Counted from the first letter of the whole stretch, positions 21,530 to 34,478 are shown. The stretch is 60,129 nt of DNA, filler included, from Globobulimina sp. (GCA_003354225.1; 14 parts of 14 records of this genome joined end to end with filler, not necessarily neighbours in it), one strand, 5' to 3'. The notes: a model not told the origin generated them from the letters alone. Numbers and translations: made by a program.

Positions 21530-24500
21530 TTACGCGAGCAAGATCTGACCGATTTAGCTCAGGTTGGCGACTCTTTCCAAAACATCCAGCGCGTGGTCGA
21601 AGACGCAGGTAAGACTGCAGCCGTTCGTGACATGAAAATCTTAGAATCTGCCATGAAACACGGCTACTTTTTATTTATGAACCAGGTGGAAGTGCAGGAA
21701 CAGATCGACTTGGCGCAGCATTTTGATGCGGATCAAATTGGAAGGAATTGTTTACAGTTACATAGTGGTCGCATATTATATTCCTGCGAACAAGTCGAGA
21801 ATATGATTGATCGCATCTTATTATGTCGGCGCAATACGGAGCATAATGTGCAGAAATTAGTGAAGAAGTTGGAGATTTGTAGGGAGATCAATTCGTTGCG
21901 TGTATTGTTTACGCGATCGGGTGGACGCGAGGAAGGTTATGGCGACGTGCTGCGAAAGAAAAAGCTGGTTAATAAGAAGCGAATGTTGCAGCGGTATAAG
22001 TTGCGTGAAGAACAACGTAAACGCAGATTGATTGAAAAGAAGCAGAAAGATAAGGAGCGAATTGCCAAAATCAAACAGCAAATGAAAGATGATGGCTTGC
22101 CGTCATTGGAACCATTGCAGGCGATGAAGCATTTGGAGGTTGTGGAGGAAGAGGAGGAGCAGGCCAATAATGTAGAATTCAGCGATGAAGAGCAAGAGAT
22201 TAAGATCAACGACGAAGAGCTGAAAGAATTGGAGGATATCGGCGAGGATGAGGACAATATCGCGTCTTATTTGAAGACTCCAGTCTCTTTAAAGTTGGCT
22301 GATTATGACGAATTTAGTAAGGAATGGCTGGTCCGGGTAACCGAATGGAATACACATGTGGAGATATTACGGTCTTCGAGCGCATTGATGAATTATTTTA
22401 CGATTAATAATGTACGGACATTGATTGAGAAAATCAATCGGATTATCAAACATGCCAAGAATAACCCGGTCGGGAGAGGCAAAGCCAAAGTTAAAGCAAA
22501 GAAATCAGGGCAGATTAGCGGGACCGACACTTTTATTGATGGGTTGAATCCGGATATATTGCAACGGCATATTTTGCCACATTTTCAATTTGTTAATCCG
22601 CGCTTGCAAGTGGAGGATTTAATAAAATGTCTCAAGAAATGGAAGGTTATGGACGAATCTTGTAATACTGCGTTGACTGCGTTTGACAAATGTTTTAAAG
22701 GCATCATTGTGAGGAAGTTGCATGACACAAAACAGTTTACGCGCAATGTGTCGCCGTTGGAAGAGGGCAAACCGAACTTAGTGGTGACTGCGCGGAATAC
22801 CGCCTTGTTTACAGCGTTGAAAATGTATTTACAACGCAAATTGATACCCAATGCAGAGCATATATTGATATGTCAAAATACGTCGTCTGCGGAGGAAATC
22901 GAAGCGATGATTTTTCGATGTATTCATGCCACCACACGGCACAGTGAGATACCGCCATTGTATTGTTTAATATATCCGGAAGATTTAGATGCCGGCGTAT
23001 TAGATGCGACTATTAACATATTCAACAATCGGTTATTATCTCCGCGAGCATTGGAGCAAACGAGTAAGATTCCATATGCTTTTAGTGTGATATCCGCAGA
23101 TTCTGAGAATAGATTATCTCAAATGTTGGTGCAGTTTAAATTGACCCAATCGATACAGCTTCAAAAGGAAGAAAGTACGAATTTGTTGAAATATTTATTT
23201 CATGATTCGTTGCATGAATTTGTACAGCGATATAACCCCTTTGTGCGAGCTAAGCCTTTCGTGGAACTGTATACGTCAAAGGAGGTTGGTATGGGTAAAT
23301 CGTATGTGATCCAACAAAAAGTCAAACTATGCGGCGCTACGTATATTCGTATACCGTTCAATGGCGATGATATAGATTTAGATTTCTTGGTAGATCGCTG
23401 TTGGTCGTATCATTCGTATACAGAGCATCTAGAAAATGATATGGAGAAAGCATTGGTGATGGATGCTTTGAGTGAAGCGGATAAAAAGGATAACAACGCC
23501 GCAGATGATATGGGCGAAAAGGTTAAAAAAGTGAGTGCAAAGTACGCCAAATTAAAAAGTGCGTCGTATGACAAGAATGCTGCTGATCCGCGTAAGATTA
23601 TATATCATTTGGATATCTCTGCCAACGCCGGGGAAGATTTAAATAATATGTTGTTCAATTTGCTATTTTTACGACATATTCATACTCCAAATAAAAAATG
23701 CTTTTCTGTCGACGATAATATGGCTTTTTTGATTGAAATTCCAACGGAGTTATCTGGTGTTCACGCATTGAATGTCTTAAAACAACAGAAAACTGCGCAG
23801 AATCAAGCAGCAAACATACAAAATAAAGCCACATTAAAACAACCATGGGATGTGTTTTATTTATTGTACAAACCAATGGAATTTCCGTCCATTGCAGTGT
23901 CGAATGACACTAATTTATTCCATTATGATTATGATTGTCATTATGCGGGCAAATTTTTGCGTAGTTTTTATGGCAACGAATTGAAACAAAACGACCCGGA
24001 TCCGTCCACTGTGGCAAATATGACTGATGATGAGATCCATGCATTGATCTACAAACATTTTCAAAATATTGCAGAATCCTCACCCATTCATTACAAGGCA
24101 TTCTTTAAGTTCTTATCGCAGCAATTTACGCAAGTCGTAAACTCCATATTCCTGCGGAACGAATTCAATGATGGCGGACAAATCGCGTGGAAGCATTGGG
24201 TCACTTCTTCCATTATTGATATTGGCAAAGATTTTTGTCGCCGGTTGTACGGCGGCGTGGTACATAAACGAAGGAATGGCGACGAACATAAAGGCAAAAC
24301 CAGTGAAGAATTAATTGATGAGTCCACCGGGAAGGAACACTTTTATTTATGTGAACGTTGGAAGAATGCGAGAGAACCAATGTTTTTATTGAATCAAACG
24401 TGTGATTTTGGCTATGGCGGACCGGACGGCAGTATATCGGCCTTAGTCTCTGATAAATATACATTGCCGCAAGAAAAGCGCACCGCTTTGGAGAATAGTA

Positions 24501-25732
24501 ACTTTATACTGATCCCGTGGAATGAAGAAGAGGAACGGCGGCGACATATGTTATTACAGACGAATTTCATGAACGAATTACCACAACGCAAACAAGAGAA
24601 AATTAACTTATTTTTGCGTATTTTAGGGCTGGACGTGGAGAATAATGTGATTCATCAATCCATTTTGATCTCGTTGCTGTTCGAGGATCCATTTGCAAAT
24701 TATGCCTTGACCTTTGATAATATCCTCAAAATGGTGGCTATTTTCTTTCGCGTCAAATCCGACATACCCGTCATCCTCATGGTATGTATGCCTTTTATTG
24801 CATTGTTTGCATATAATACCTACGCAACACAAAAAGGGCGAAACTGGCTGTGGCAAAACTTCGTTATTACGATATTTGGCCAAAGCAGCATCGGTAGAAT
24901 TTTGCCAAGCCGATGTCCACGGCGGCTTTACAGCGACTCATATTCGCAGCAAAATGTCGGAGTGGATCCAGATTGCCAAACGCAAACAAAATGACGTCGC
25001 AGTCAACACCACATCGCAGGACGTCTGGGTCTTTTTAGACGAAGTCAACACCTCCCCCGATATTGGATGGTTTAAAGAAATTGTCTGCGATCACAGTTTA
25101 GATGGCATCCCCTTGCCATATAACATGAAAGTGATCGCCGCGTGCAACCCATACCGGCGTCGCAAACTAAACATGGACATTGGTGACGAGAAAGGCAATA
25201 AAAAACACAAGAAAATCATCAATGAACAGTTTAAAAATTGGATGGCAGCGTCTGGTTCGGATGACCCTTTGGCGCAGTTTATGTATCGAGTGTACCCGTT
25301 GGCCCCCACTATGAAAGAGTATGTGTGGATGTTTGGCAGTTTATCAGCGTTGGACGAGCTGCAATATGTATGCGAGATGGTGAATAATACGGTACGTAAA
25401 CTGCCGCGAGACGTACAGAAGAATTTCAGTGACTGGCAACGCAAACGTTTGATTGATGCCATTGTCAAATCGCAGGAGTTTGTACGCGATGTATTGCGTG
25501 ATGCGGCGTATGTATCTTTGCGTGATGTCGCTCGCTGTTTGCGTATTATTGAATGGTTAATGAGCAATGAGCTAAAATTTGCGACCTCCAATTCTTGGAT
25601 CGAACGTGCCACGGTTCAAGCTTTAGCATTGGTGTATTACTTTCGGTTGGATAGTATCAATCGGATTCGCTACGCCAAGCGCATCACGCCCGATGTATGT
25701 GGCCGCATTGCCTGGTTTAATAACCGCGACTT
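21530..25732 (+). CDS. RNF213/mysterin-like dynein-related AAA+ ATPase, internal fragment; intron 24782-24836
   Basis: TSKEVGMGKS, IYHLDIS, YALTFDNILKMVAI..IPVILM|GETGCGKT, VHGG, VFLDEVNT, IAACNPYR, YRVYPL, VSLRDV. A 55-nt GT-AG intron joins the two ORFs. Confidence 0.88.
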
Positions 25733-26106
25733 NNNNNNNNNNNNNNNNNNNNNNNNNNNNNNNNNNNNNNNNNNNNTTAATTAATTAANNNNNNNNNNNN
25801 NNNNNNNNNNNNNNNNNNNNNNNNNNNNNNNNCCATAATTCAAAATAATTTACCTTTATCGAAGGCACTACCCACAAGGATAAATATTAGAACTGACATC
25901 ATGAACAACCACACACCAAGTGACAAATGTCCTAACTGATTGTGTACCATAGATTTCACCCTATTATACCTTTTGTACATAATGAATGATTTTGTTATTC
26001 ATAAGTTTTATTGATTGTGCAAGTATCAACAGTGAATAGATAATGAACAGAGTAAATACTTATATGCATCAAGTATATAGTACATTATAAACAAGTATTA
26101 CATGAT

Positions 26107-26544
26107 TCAACAGAGAACAATTTTTTCGAGTAGATCAAACAAAGCTTTATTAGTGGTTTTCTTAAGATGACAGGTTTTCCCTTGATTGAAATTCAAACAT
26201 TTCATCAGTGAGTTTTTCTTGTGACACAAATCTTTTCCATACCAATGAAAGTCTGAATGATTTTGCCAGATCAGATTGAATGACTCAATGTATGAGTCAG
26301 GAAGGGGGAAACGGATTTGAATTTTAGCAGTCAGCTGATCAGATAGAGTAAAGTTTGGAGTTGTTTGCACAACTGTCACTTTGGTCACAGAGAATGAGCT
26401 GATAAACAGTGTTAGACCACTTGACAGAAAGAACGTAGGTATGGAACAGTACAAAAATATTTTGATTGTTACACCACCACTGCCACCATTACTAGCAGTA
26501 GAATTTGATCGACGAAAGAATTGAGACAACAGAGTCAACAACAT
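26107..26544 (-). CDS. Hypothetical ORF downstream of the Maverick integrase
   Basis: 145-aa ORF with no recognisable motif. Confidence 0.3.
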   Translation of the reverse strand: MLLTLLSQFFRRSNSTASNGGSGGVTIKIFLYCSIPTFFLSSGLTLFISSFSVTKVTVVQTTPNFTLSDQLTAKIQIRFPLPDSYIESFNLIWQNHSDFHWYGKDLCHKKNSLMKCLNFNQGKTCHLKKTTNKALFDLLEKIVLC

Positions 26545-26595
26545 TGTAGTGAACAGACCGCACAGTATGGTTACAAATATATGAATGACAGGAAA

Positions 26596-27822
26596 TCATT
26601 GTAAATTTTTATTTCTAGTCCCACGAGACAGAGTTTTCAGTTCCGATGCAGAAATCCATGAGTCATTAGATCTGTTAAAACCAGCCCAGGATACTAAAAG
26701 CATTGTTTTTCTTCCAACCTTCTTTTTTCTCCATACTTTTTGCACTTCAAAAAGATCTTTATCTGGATCCACATGAATTTGTTGCAATTCTGTAGCATAC
26801 GCCCTTCCTTCCAGCAGCTTTCCTTTGTGGTCCTCCAAACCATACATGGGAGGTTTTTGTCCATGTGACACATCCTTCACAGTGAAATACTCCCTGGTCC
26901 AATTACCACTACCAGTGCTTTCCTTTTCGAATGTTCCCTTAAGCCTGGACAGTCTCACTTTATCTCCAACTTTGGGGTCATTTCTTTTGGGTATAACTTT
27001 TGGTTCTTCTTCCACTTTGGTACCATAAAGTTTGCGAAAAGCTGCACGGTCAGCATCAAATTTTGTCATGATGTCAATTGGCTTTTGACCAGTTATTCTG
27101 CTTGTTGATTTATTATAATGTGAAACACACAGTTTCAGTGCTTCCAGCCATTTGTTAGTGTTTTTGGCATTTTGATACCGTCTTATGTAGGTGCGAGCCG
27201 TTCTTATAAAGCGCTCGCTTTGCGGCGCCTTCGTCTTGGAAGATGTCGTATAGAAGTGTACACCATTCTTCTTGAAAAAATTTCTTGTGCTGGCACTTAC
27301 ATGTTCGCCAGCTTTGTCCCCTAATGCTTTCTCTGGCTTGTAACCAGTTTTAAAAATAGTATCCAATGCATCTTGTATATTCTTTGAATTGTTGTGCGAA
27401 AGAGGCACACAAAAGACAAAACGGGAATAACTATCCACAGCTATGAGAGCAAAATTTATGGATTTTCCAGTGTCAGAATCCTTTTCAGGATTCTGTCTTT
27501 GGTCCATGAGGTCAAATTGCATCAATTCTGTCTTGAATTGAATCTGGAAGCTATTTCTCTTATAATGTTTCCTGGCTGGTTTCCAGAGAGTGTAAGTAGG
27601 TTGCGATCTACAAAATGTGCAAGTTTAAAGGAGTACTACAGCAACAATAAAAAAGACTTACTTGAGCCATTCTTTAACCAATTTTATTGTAATACTTTTA
27701 TTTAAAGATTTGGCTGCTTTGTACAGAGGCATAATACCACGCAAAGATGATTTATTCTTTTCATTGTAATATAAGTTGTCCAATAATTGTTTCTGATTGT
27801 CGCTTATCACCACTTGAGCCAT
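26596..27822 (-). CDS. Maverick rve (c-)integrase with C-terminal chromodomain; exons 27822-27662 and 27607-26596 (390 aa)
   Basis: LYYN..LYKAAK..VKEWLK|SQPTYTLWKPARK, QFDLMD, VDSYSRF, GDKAGE, SERFIRT, YN, VGDKVR, FEK..NWT, chromodomain MLLVSWAGFNRSNDSWI. The 54-nt intron contains an in-frame stop. Confidence 0.92.
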
Positions 27823-28370
27823 ACTCTGGGCTTTTTGGTCGGAATCAGTTTTTCAGCAGCTTTTACAGGAGTGGCCGGTGTCTCTATTGCAGTGGCAGCA
27901 GCTGTACCAAGAGACTGACGAATTCTGGTATTTCGGATCAGGAGAATAGGAAAATTATTCTCTTTTAAAAGTGTAATTAGCTGGTCGAGTCCTTTCAATT
28001 GGGTCTTTTGAAATGGAAGCAACAGTGCTGAGATGAGGTCGGTTATATTTGAATCTGTAATTCTCTCACCGCCAACAGTGATTTCACCAGTTTTTGAGTT
28101 CCAAGAAAGTTGTTCTGATGTAAAACGTTGACGAAACGCAGACAACAATTGAATTGCGCCGTTTTTCAAACGTTTAGGCAGAAGTTCGAGTAAATCTGGT
28201 TGAGTTTCTGGCTCTGGATCTACCAGCACTTGTTGAACTTGCCGAGTGACCAAGTCTTCAGTTTCTGTTACAGGCTGTTTAACTGTCTCTGTGATAATAT
28301 CGTCAGGCACAGCTTTTTGCAATAGACGTTGAAATTCTGCTTCGGAAACCAATATCATTCGCTCACACAT
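27807..28370 (-). CDS. Maverick accessory protein
   Basis: MILVSE start region and SWNSKTGEITVGGERITDSNITDLI, resembling (from recall) the conserved ORF upstream of integrase in animal Mavericks; overlaps both neighbours. Confidence 0.75.
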   Translation of the reverse strand: MCERMILVSEAEFQRLLQKAVPDDIITETVKQPVTETEDLVTRQVQQVLVDPEPETQPDLLELLPKRLKNGAIQLLSAFRQRFTSEQLSWNSKTGEITVGGERITDSNITDLISALLLPFQKTQLKGLDQLITLLKENNFPILLIRNTRIRQSLGTAAATAIETPATPVKAAEKLIPTKKPRVWLKW

Positions 28371-28684
28371 AGCAAAAGGGCAAGCTTGCTCAGATTTTTA
28401 ACCAATGATGGTTCTGATTTCAGGGCTGCCCGTCTCTTCGCGGCAGTTTTTGATTTGTCGATGATTATGTAGAGCTGCTTTTTGTATGGTTTCAGAGTTT
28501 TCTTGTCTTTAGCAGGTAGTTGGTAATCCTTGTCAGCCACCAAATTTAGAGTAATCTCTGACAAAAAGTTAATCCGCTCTTTGGACGAACGAGCAATCAA
28601 ACCAGTTATTTCTTTCAAAGACAAAGTTTCGGCTACAGCTTGAAGTAGTGGAGTGTTATCGCTGAGACAACCGCTCATGACCAT
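28355..28684 (-). CDS. Small basic Maverick accessory protein
   Basis: FLSEITLNLV...KKTLKPYKKQL...KRR resembles a small conserved Maverick ORF; its stop overlaps the next gene's start. Confidence 0.65.
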   Translation of the reverse strand: MVMSGCLSDNTPLLQAVAETLSLKEITGLIARSSKERINFLSEITLNLVADKDYQLPAKDKKTLKPYKKQLYIIIDKSKTAAKRRAALKSEPSLVKNLSKLALLLCVSE

Positions 28685-28844
28685 GACAAATACAACAATG
28701 ACTGTGAGAAGGAAATTGTTATGTTTTATGCGGAATGTTGCATCATTTAGTATTTACAATTTTATTGTTTTATATATTTACACATTAGAAACAAATATAC
28801 TGTACAAAGCCGGCCCACACATTATAAATACAAATAACATACAA

Positions 28845-30033
28845 TTACAAATCATTTTGAGTCACATCGCCATTTTTATCAATCTGCACACAGCTCCTAT
28901 ATTCAGCTATAACAAGACCATTGAGGCTTTCTTTCAAATTATCCTTAAATCGTACTTCGACACTAATATTTCCTTCGGATGGCATAGCCAAATTGCTCAT
29001 GTCAGCACTCAAATCCGTGCCAAAGATCGAATTTCCTCCACCGAAGCTTTCATATGTGATGGGGCATATTGGCTGTGGGCTGTTTGTCAACCGTAGTGCT
29101 CTAAGTAGACCCATATAACTCATTACATAATCAGCAGATTCGAAATCGGGGGTGAAAGCATTGAACGAAGTAGGAACACCATCAATGTAGAATTGCACAT
29201 AATTCAACTTATATTTAGCAGCATCAAACACCATTGGGTTGTTATGGAAACTACCGCCACTCACACTGATAGATGGTACAACGGCAAAGAAGAGTCGCGT
29301 TGGCAGTTGACCTGAAAGCAGTATTTTTATGTTTGTATTTATAAAACCAAATATTTCTTGCATTACCAGCGAACAAATTCAGTTGTTTGATACTACTGCT
29401 CCCCATTGGAATGAGAAAGTGACGAAGTTCTGTTCGCATGTAGGGATACAGTGCAGTCTGGGTGGCCAATCTATGATTGATCAAAGAAACCGATTGTGGA
29501 GCCACTGTCACCCGGCGAACAAATAGTGTGCAACTTCGGATGACGATTTTATAGGTGTCAGCGACATTTGCTGGTGTCAACAGACTGAAAGCTGCATCAT
29601 TTCTGTCAAATCGAATTGTAATTTTCACGTTTGGCAGTAATAGCTTGCTGCAGTTGAAGAAGTCATTCTGCAGACGTGTGCACATTGTAACCAATCGACT
29701 TTTTTCGATCAAACTGTGTCGCCAAGTGGGAAAAGTAATTTCTTCCCCAGTTCTCAGGAAAATTTCTTCTGCATAACCTTGTGTGTGTCGAAGTGCCCCA
29801 GACTTGAATTCATCACCGAAATTCAGCAAGTTGCACAAATAAGCCAACTGAGGATAATTGGCCATTTCATTGCCAACGGTGATGTGACCGAGGGTTAGCA
29901 CGATCTTTGAAAACAATGAATCCATGAACCCTACAACAGGGGATACCTGAAACATATCTAACATGGAATCATTTGTCAGGAGTGAGAAATTCCAATAATA
30001 TCCTACCTTTTCTTTGTCTGTATCATCCAGCTC
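28845..30033 (-). CDS. Maverick/Polinton double-jelly-roll major capsid protein, 5' partial; introns 29366-29312 and probably 30006-29947
   Basis: VSPVVGFMDSLFS, YPQLAYLCNLLNF, LFVRRV, ALYP, NLFAG|QLPTR, NPMVF, YIDG, PDF, DLS, GNISVEVRF, AEYRSCVQID. Confidence 0.9.
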
Positions 30034-30135
30034 CNNNNNNNNNNNNNNNNNNNNNNNNNNNNNNNNNNNNNNNNNNNNTTAATTAATTAANNNNNNNNNN
30101 NNNNNNNNNNNNNNNNNNNNNNNNNNNNNNNNNNA

Positions 30136-31627
30136 TTTGTAATTAGCACACAACAAAATGATGTTACTGACGAAAAACAAGATGAAAATAACGAGATAAC
30201 ATTTGCATTTGGTGAACCTTTGTCGTATTATGAACCTCCTATAATTATTCCACATTTCTCATTTTTAAAAGAAGAATTAATTTCAAATCCATATTATAAA
30301 ATAAATGAACATAAATATAATAATTATTATCTGCAAGCATTACAATTTAAAAAATCAGAGCATGCTAATAAAATAAAGGCAAAACAGATGAGCAAATTTG
30401 ACAAATCAGGAATAGAAATTGATGATCATATTAGCATAAATCATATAATTTCATTAATGATATATTGCAATGAAACTGAATTGCAGACTGTTTTTAAAAA
30501 ACATACAAGGAAATTGAATAAAAATGAGCTCTCGGAAACTGTTTATGAAAGAAATAAATATATTGCCAGATGGAGCAAATGTTTGCATGAAAGTTGTCGA
30601 ATGTATGGCACTGAAATGAAGGAAAATGAATATGTATATTGTGGTTTGGATAAAAAAATATTATTTGATTCATTTGGTTTTGAAAATTATTGTCCATTAT
30701 CAACATCTTCATCAATTATTGTTGCAAATAGTTTTGCAAAAACTGAAGGTTTAATCCTGAAATTAACAGGTCATGGATCAGCTGCTGCAAACTGTAGATA
30801 CATTGATATGATTCCGTTGTCAAACTTTGCTGAAAAAGAAAAGTTTTTTTGTGGGTTTGCGAAACTGAAGATTGTAGACATAATAATCGATGGTCAAACA
30901 AATGTAAATAATGTATTATCGTTGCAATTATTAGAAAAAATATTAAATGGCTCATTATTTTACTTCAAATGGAAAAGAAGTTTATTTTCTGACGGCGTGC
31001 AAAATAGTTTATGTGATTTATTAAATGATTATGTTTCCAATAAAAATCAAAATGATTATTTTCAAAAATTAACAAACAAAGTAATTAAATCATTTGTTGA
31101 TAGAACTGATGAAAGCGATGTATTTCGCCTCAAAAAGATATTTTTAAATATTCCCCAAATTAAAAAATTGATCACTTCATTGGCAGAATATTTTTTACCA
31201 CCAAAAGGAAATTAAATTATTTTGTAATAAAAAATCATATGCAAAGATAAATTATATAAAAAAATTTACAAAAATACATTTTAATAAAAAGCGAATAAAT
31301 AAATTGAAACAAATGAGACATGGCAATGAAGGTGAAATTAGAATGTGTCGTTTTAAAGTTGGTGGGTTAACGTTCGAATTAAATATTCAAAGAGCGTCAC
31401 AGCAAACAGGGGATCATTTTGGTATTTATTTTCGTTTAGTATCACAAACGCCATCAATATTGGTAGTATGGGATGTAGTGTTTGAACAAGTTCAATATGA
31501 AAATATTCAAATACATGGTGAGTTGCAAAGTTCCCCGTTTTCTACAGAAGGTTGTACGACCTGTTTATGTTCAGCAATATCACATTTAGACGAGTTAACA
31601 ATTTATTTGAATGTTAGACTTGTGTGA
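30136..31627 (+). CDS. Putative ADP-ribosyltransferase-fold protein, 5' partial; C-terminal beta-rich domain in a shifted frame after about 31210
   Basis: HIISLMIYCN helix, then VYCG ... PLSTS ... A..F ... GLILKL ... SNFAEKEKFF, which follows the order of the R-S-E ART motifs. Confidence 0.5.
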
Positions 31628-31973
31628 AAAGGTCATTTTAAATTGTTCGCATATTTTTTTGTTGCGTGGTTTTTTGTTTGATTGTCAATTTTATGAAAGC
31701 CTTTATAGTATATTAAAGATAAAAAAACAGCACTACCAATCTACCATAAATTAAATGGCTATTTCAGTACAGTACCATCCTTGCACAGAAACATGTTTTC
31801 ATAACAATGTAATAACCAACAATAAGTTATTTGTGGTGCTATGGAGGTTTCAAATAATAATACAAATTACTATTTGATACAATCATCTAACAAAGTAACA
31901 ATGTATTATCTCTCTATTCAATTGTATTGTATTGTCAATGTCAATGTCAATGTGAATGTGAATGAATTATTAT

Positions 31974-32399
31974 TTATTTACCACGAGCAATTTTCTTTGT
32001 TTTCAAACCGTGGAATGATTGAACAGGAACATGCGAAGCCACAATACATGGCTTATTACCTTTTCCTCTGAGTCGTTTCAATGAGAATTTAACTCTTATT
32101 CTGGATGGTGGCCTTTTTACGCCCTGTTGCCATACAACTTTATTCAATCCAGTGTCAATTCTAACAGTTTTTACCTTGAACATTCTACGAGCATGGCGCC
32201 GAATAACTTTTATTGCTCGTGGTGTTTTCTTATGATTCACACTATATTCAATTCATTTTGTTTTGTTTTGATGATTCAGAAATTATTAGAAAATAATAAC
32301 AAACCAATTTCGTACTTTTCTTCTGATATGAATCGTAGTTTCAACTGCTTGTGTTTTACCTCGCTTCATCTTCTTTTTCTTCTCTTTTTTTTTCGGCAT
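31974..32399 (-). CDS. RPL31: 60S ribosomal protein L31 (eL31); intron 32304-32242
   Basis: TIHIRRKVRN|CVNHKKTPRAIKVIR..VRIDTGLNKVVWQQGVKRPPSRIRV. Confidence 0.92.
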
Positions 32400-32762
32400 A
32401 CTGGCTGATGCGTAAAATACAATAGATTCGCACTGATTTGATTGCAGTTAGTGCTTATCAATAACTCTCAACGCAAGAATGATATCCTCTTCCCTAGTTA
32501 TAAGGTTTTTTTTGACTTTTTACATCTTTACTTACTCTCCACCATAGCGCCAATACTTTAACAATTAAGCAGTTGTATTGTTTCATACCATCATCGTCGG
32601 TGGATTGATCAAACCGAATTTTATCGACACAAATATTAACGGTATGTACGTGCTGTATGGAATTCACATATCATGTTCAGATTAAACACGAAAACAATTA
32701 TGATAACAAAAATAGATTATTATAAGATATTATATACACATTAGAAAGTCAAACAATTAACA

Positions 32763-34336
32763 ATGAGCAAGACATCTTTACCCCAACCACCATATTATAA
32801 TCGTCATAATATGAGAATACCAAATGCACGCAATACACGCAACGCACATACACCTCACAACACGATCGCGAATAATAATCGAGTACCAAACACATATCTT
32901 TCTACTTCACCCCGACCACACGATATAAGGAGCAGACAATTATACCAACAGCAATTATATCAACAACAGCAGCACCACCCCATGCCCTCAAACTATAGCT
33001 ATCCGACTCCTTCTCCTTACCATAGGAACCCCATTCACGGCATACACAGCCACAGTCACAATCCCATACCACCTATAATATCGCCATTTGGTATTGCTAA
33101 TACATCCATAAATAATATACCCGTACCACCACCACCTCCGCCACCGCCGCAGCCGCAGCGACCACCGGTAACAGCCCCACCATACATGAGCATAACCACA
33201 AATAATGATGCAAACTCATCAACAACTACCACCAACAATGATGGCACAGCAATACCATTGTTACAACGCAAAGAATCAGCAAATACCAACACCTCTGTTG
33301 TGTCAACAGAGTATTATGAGTCCTCTGATAAGAGCATCATGGCTGCATTTAATGACAATTCATTCTTGAATAAACCTGCAAAAACATACAAGACACAACA
33401 TCGAAATGTCAACAACAACAATAACAAGCCGCGTAATCACGGTATTAAAAAACAAAAAACTGTACAAAATAGCAAACAACAACTCATTAATAAGATGATA
33501 CCGAAGATACCGGCCGTTGAGCCAATGATAAAGAAGGAAATGTCGGCCAGAAAGCTCAAGAAAGAAGAGACTGTGGCTGAGCTGAAGAATGTAAATAAAA
33601 AGAATGCATTGCATAATTATAGAGATGCAGTATATAATGGAGTCTGTATACAGTCGATCTTATCGCAGATAAAGACTGCAATGGATGCAGATCCTGATCC
33701 AGATCGCGTCAAACATGAAAATTATCTGTTTTTAATTCGCGAATATTTTCGTTGTGAGATAAGCAAATATGCATTGGATTGGTTTATGCATACCATTTAT
33801 AAGCGATATATTAAATTACACAATGCCATGTTCAAATATATTCGATGGAACGCCATGTTACAGAGTACAAAGGCTCATAGTTATGGCGCAAACTCCTCGT
33901 TGCATGACATAAATGTTACACATTATCCAAAATTGCATTGTAAACAAGCAACATCAGAGGAAAATAAATTATTTCGGGGTCCACCACCACATAAAAAAAG
34001 GAAATTAAATATGCCCAAAAAATTGGATATTAAGTTGTTACTTAATCGACAAAATAGTAATCATCAACAAAGGAAAAGGAAAGTACATAATGATGAGAAT
34101 TATGTTGATTTTGACCATACAATGAATAAATTACAACCACGATTTCAAACTGAAATCAATGCAAAACAAAAAGGTATTGATTTATTTACTATCCTTGCAC
34201 ATATTTATCTAACTTTATTATTTGCACAACAGATGTAATTAACGTTAAATCGAGTGGGGCCACACCGGACATACAACCAATACAACCGACTCTGCCGCCA
34301 TTATATCCAGACACGAGCACAGCCACTGTCCCAACT
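32763..34336 (+). CDS. Pro/Gln/Asn-rich low-complexity protein, probably 3' partial
   Basis: 491-aa ORF with a poly-Pro tract; probable intron near 34173-34233. Confidence 0.65.
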
Positions 34337-34478
34337 NNNNNNNNNNNNNNNNNNNNNNNNNNNNNNNNNNNNNNNNNNNNTTAATTAATTAANNNNNNNN
34401 NNNNNNNNNNNNNNNNNNNNNNNNNNNNNNNNNNNNATTACACACATTTGACTATATATATACACACAAATATTATCA

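Larger units (their letters stand above)
25833..30034 (-). mobile_element. Maverick/Polinton (adintovirus-like) fragment
   Basis: Co-oriented, partly overlapping genes for a major capsid protein, two accessory ORFs and an rve integrase with chromodomain. Confidence 0.92.

Noticed and set aside
26545-26600. ILCGLF as the catalytic motif of the Maverick adenoviral-type protease
   Set aside because: There is no upstream His/Asp or Gln-x5-CG context, and it lies immediately after the integrase stop
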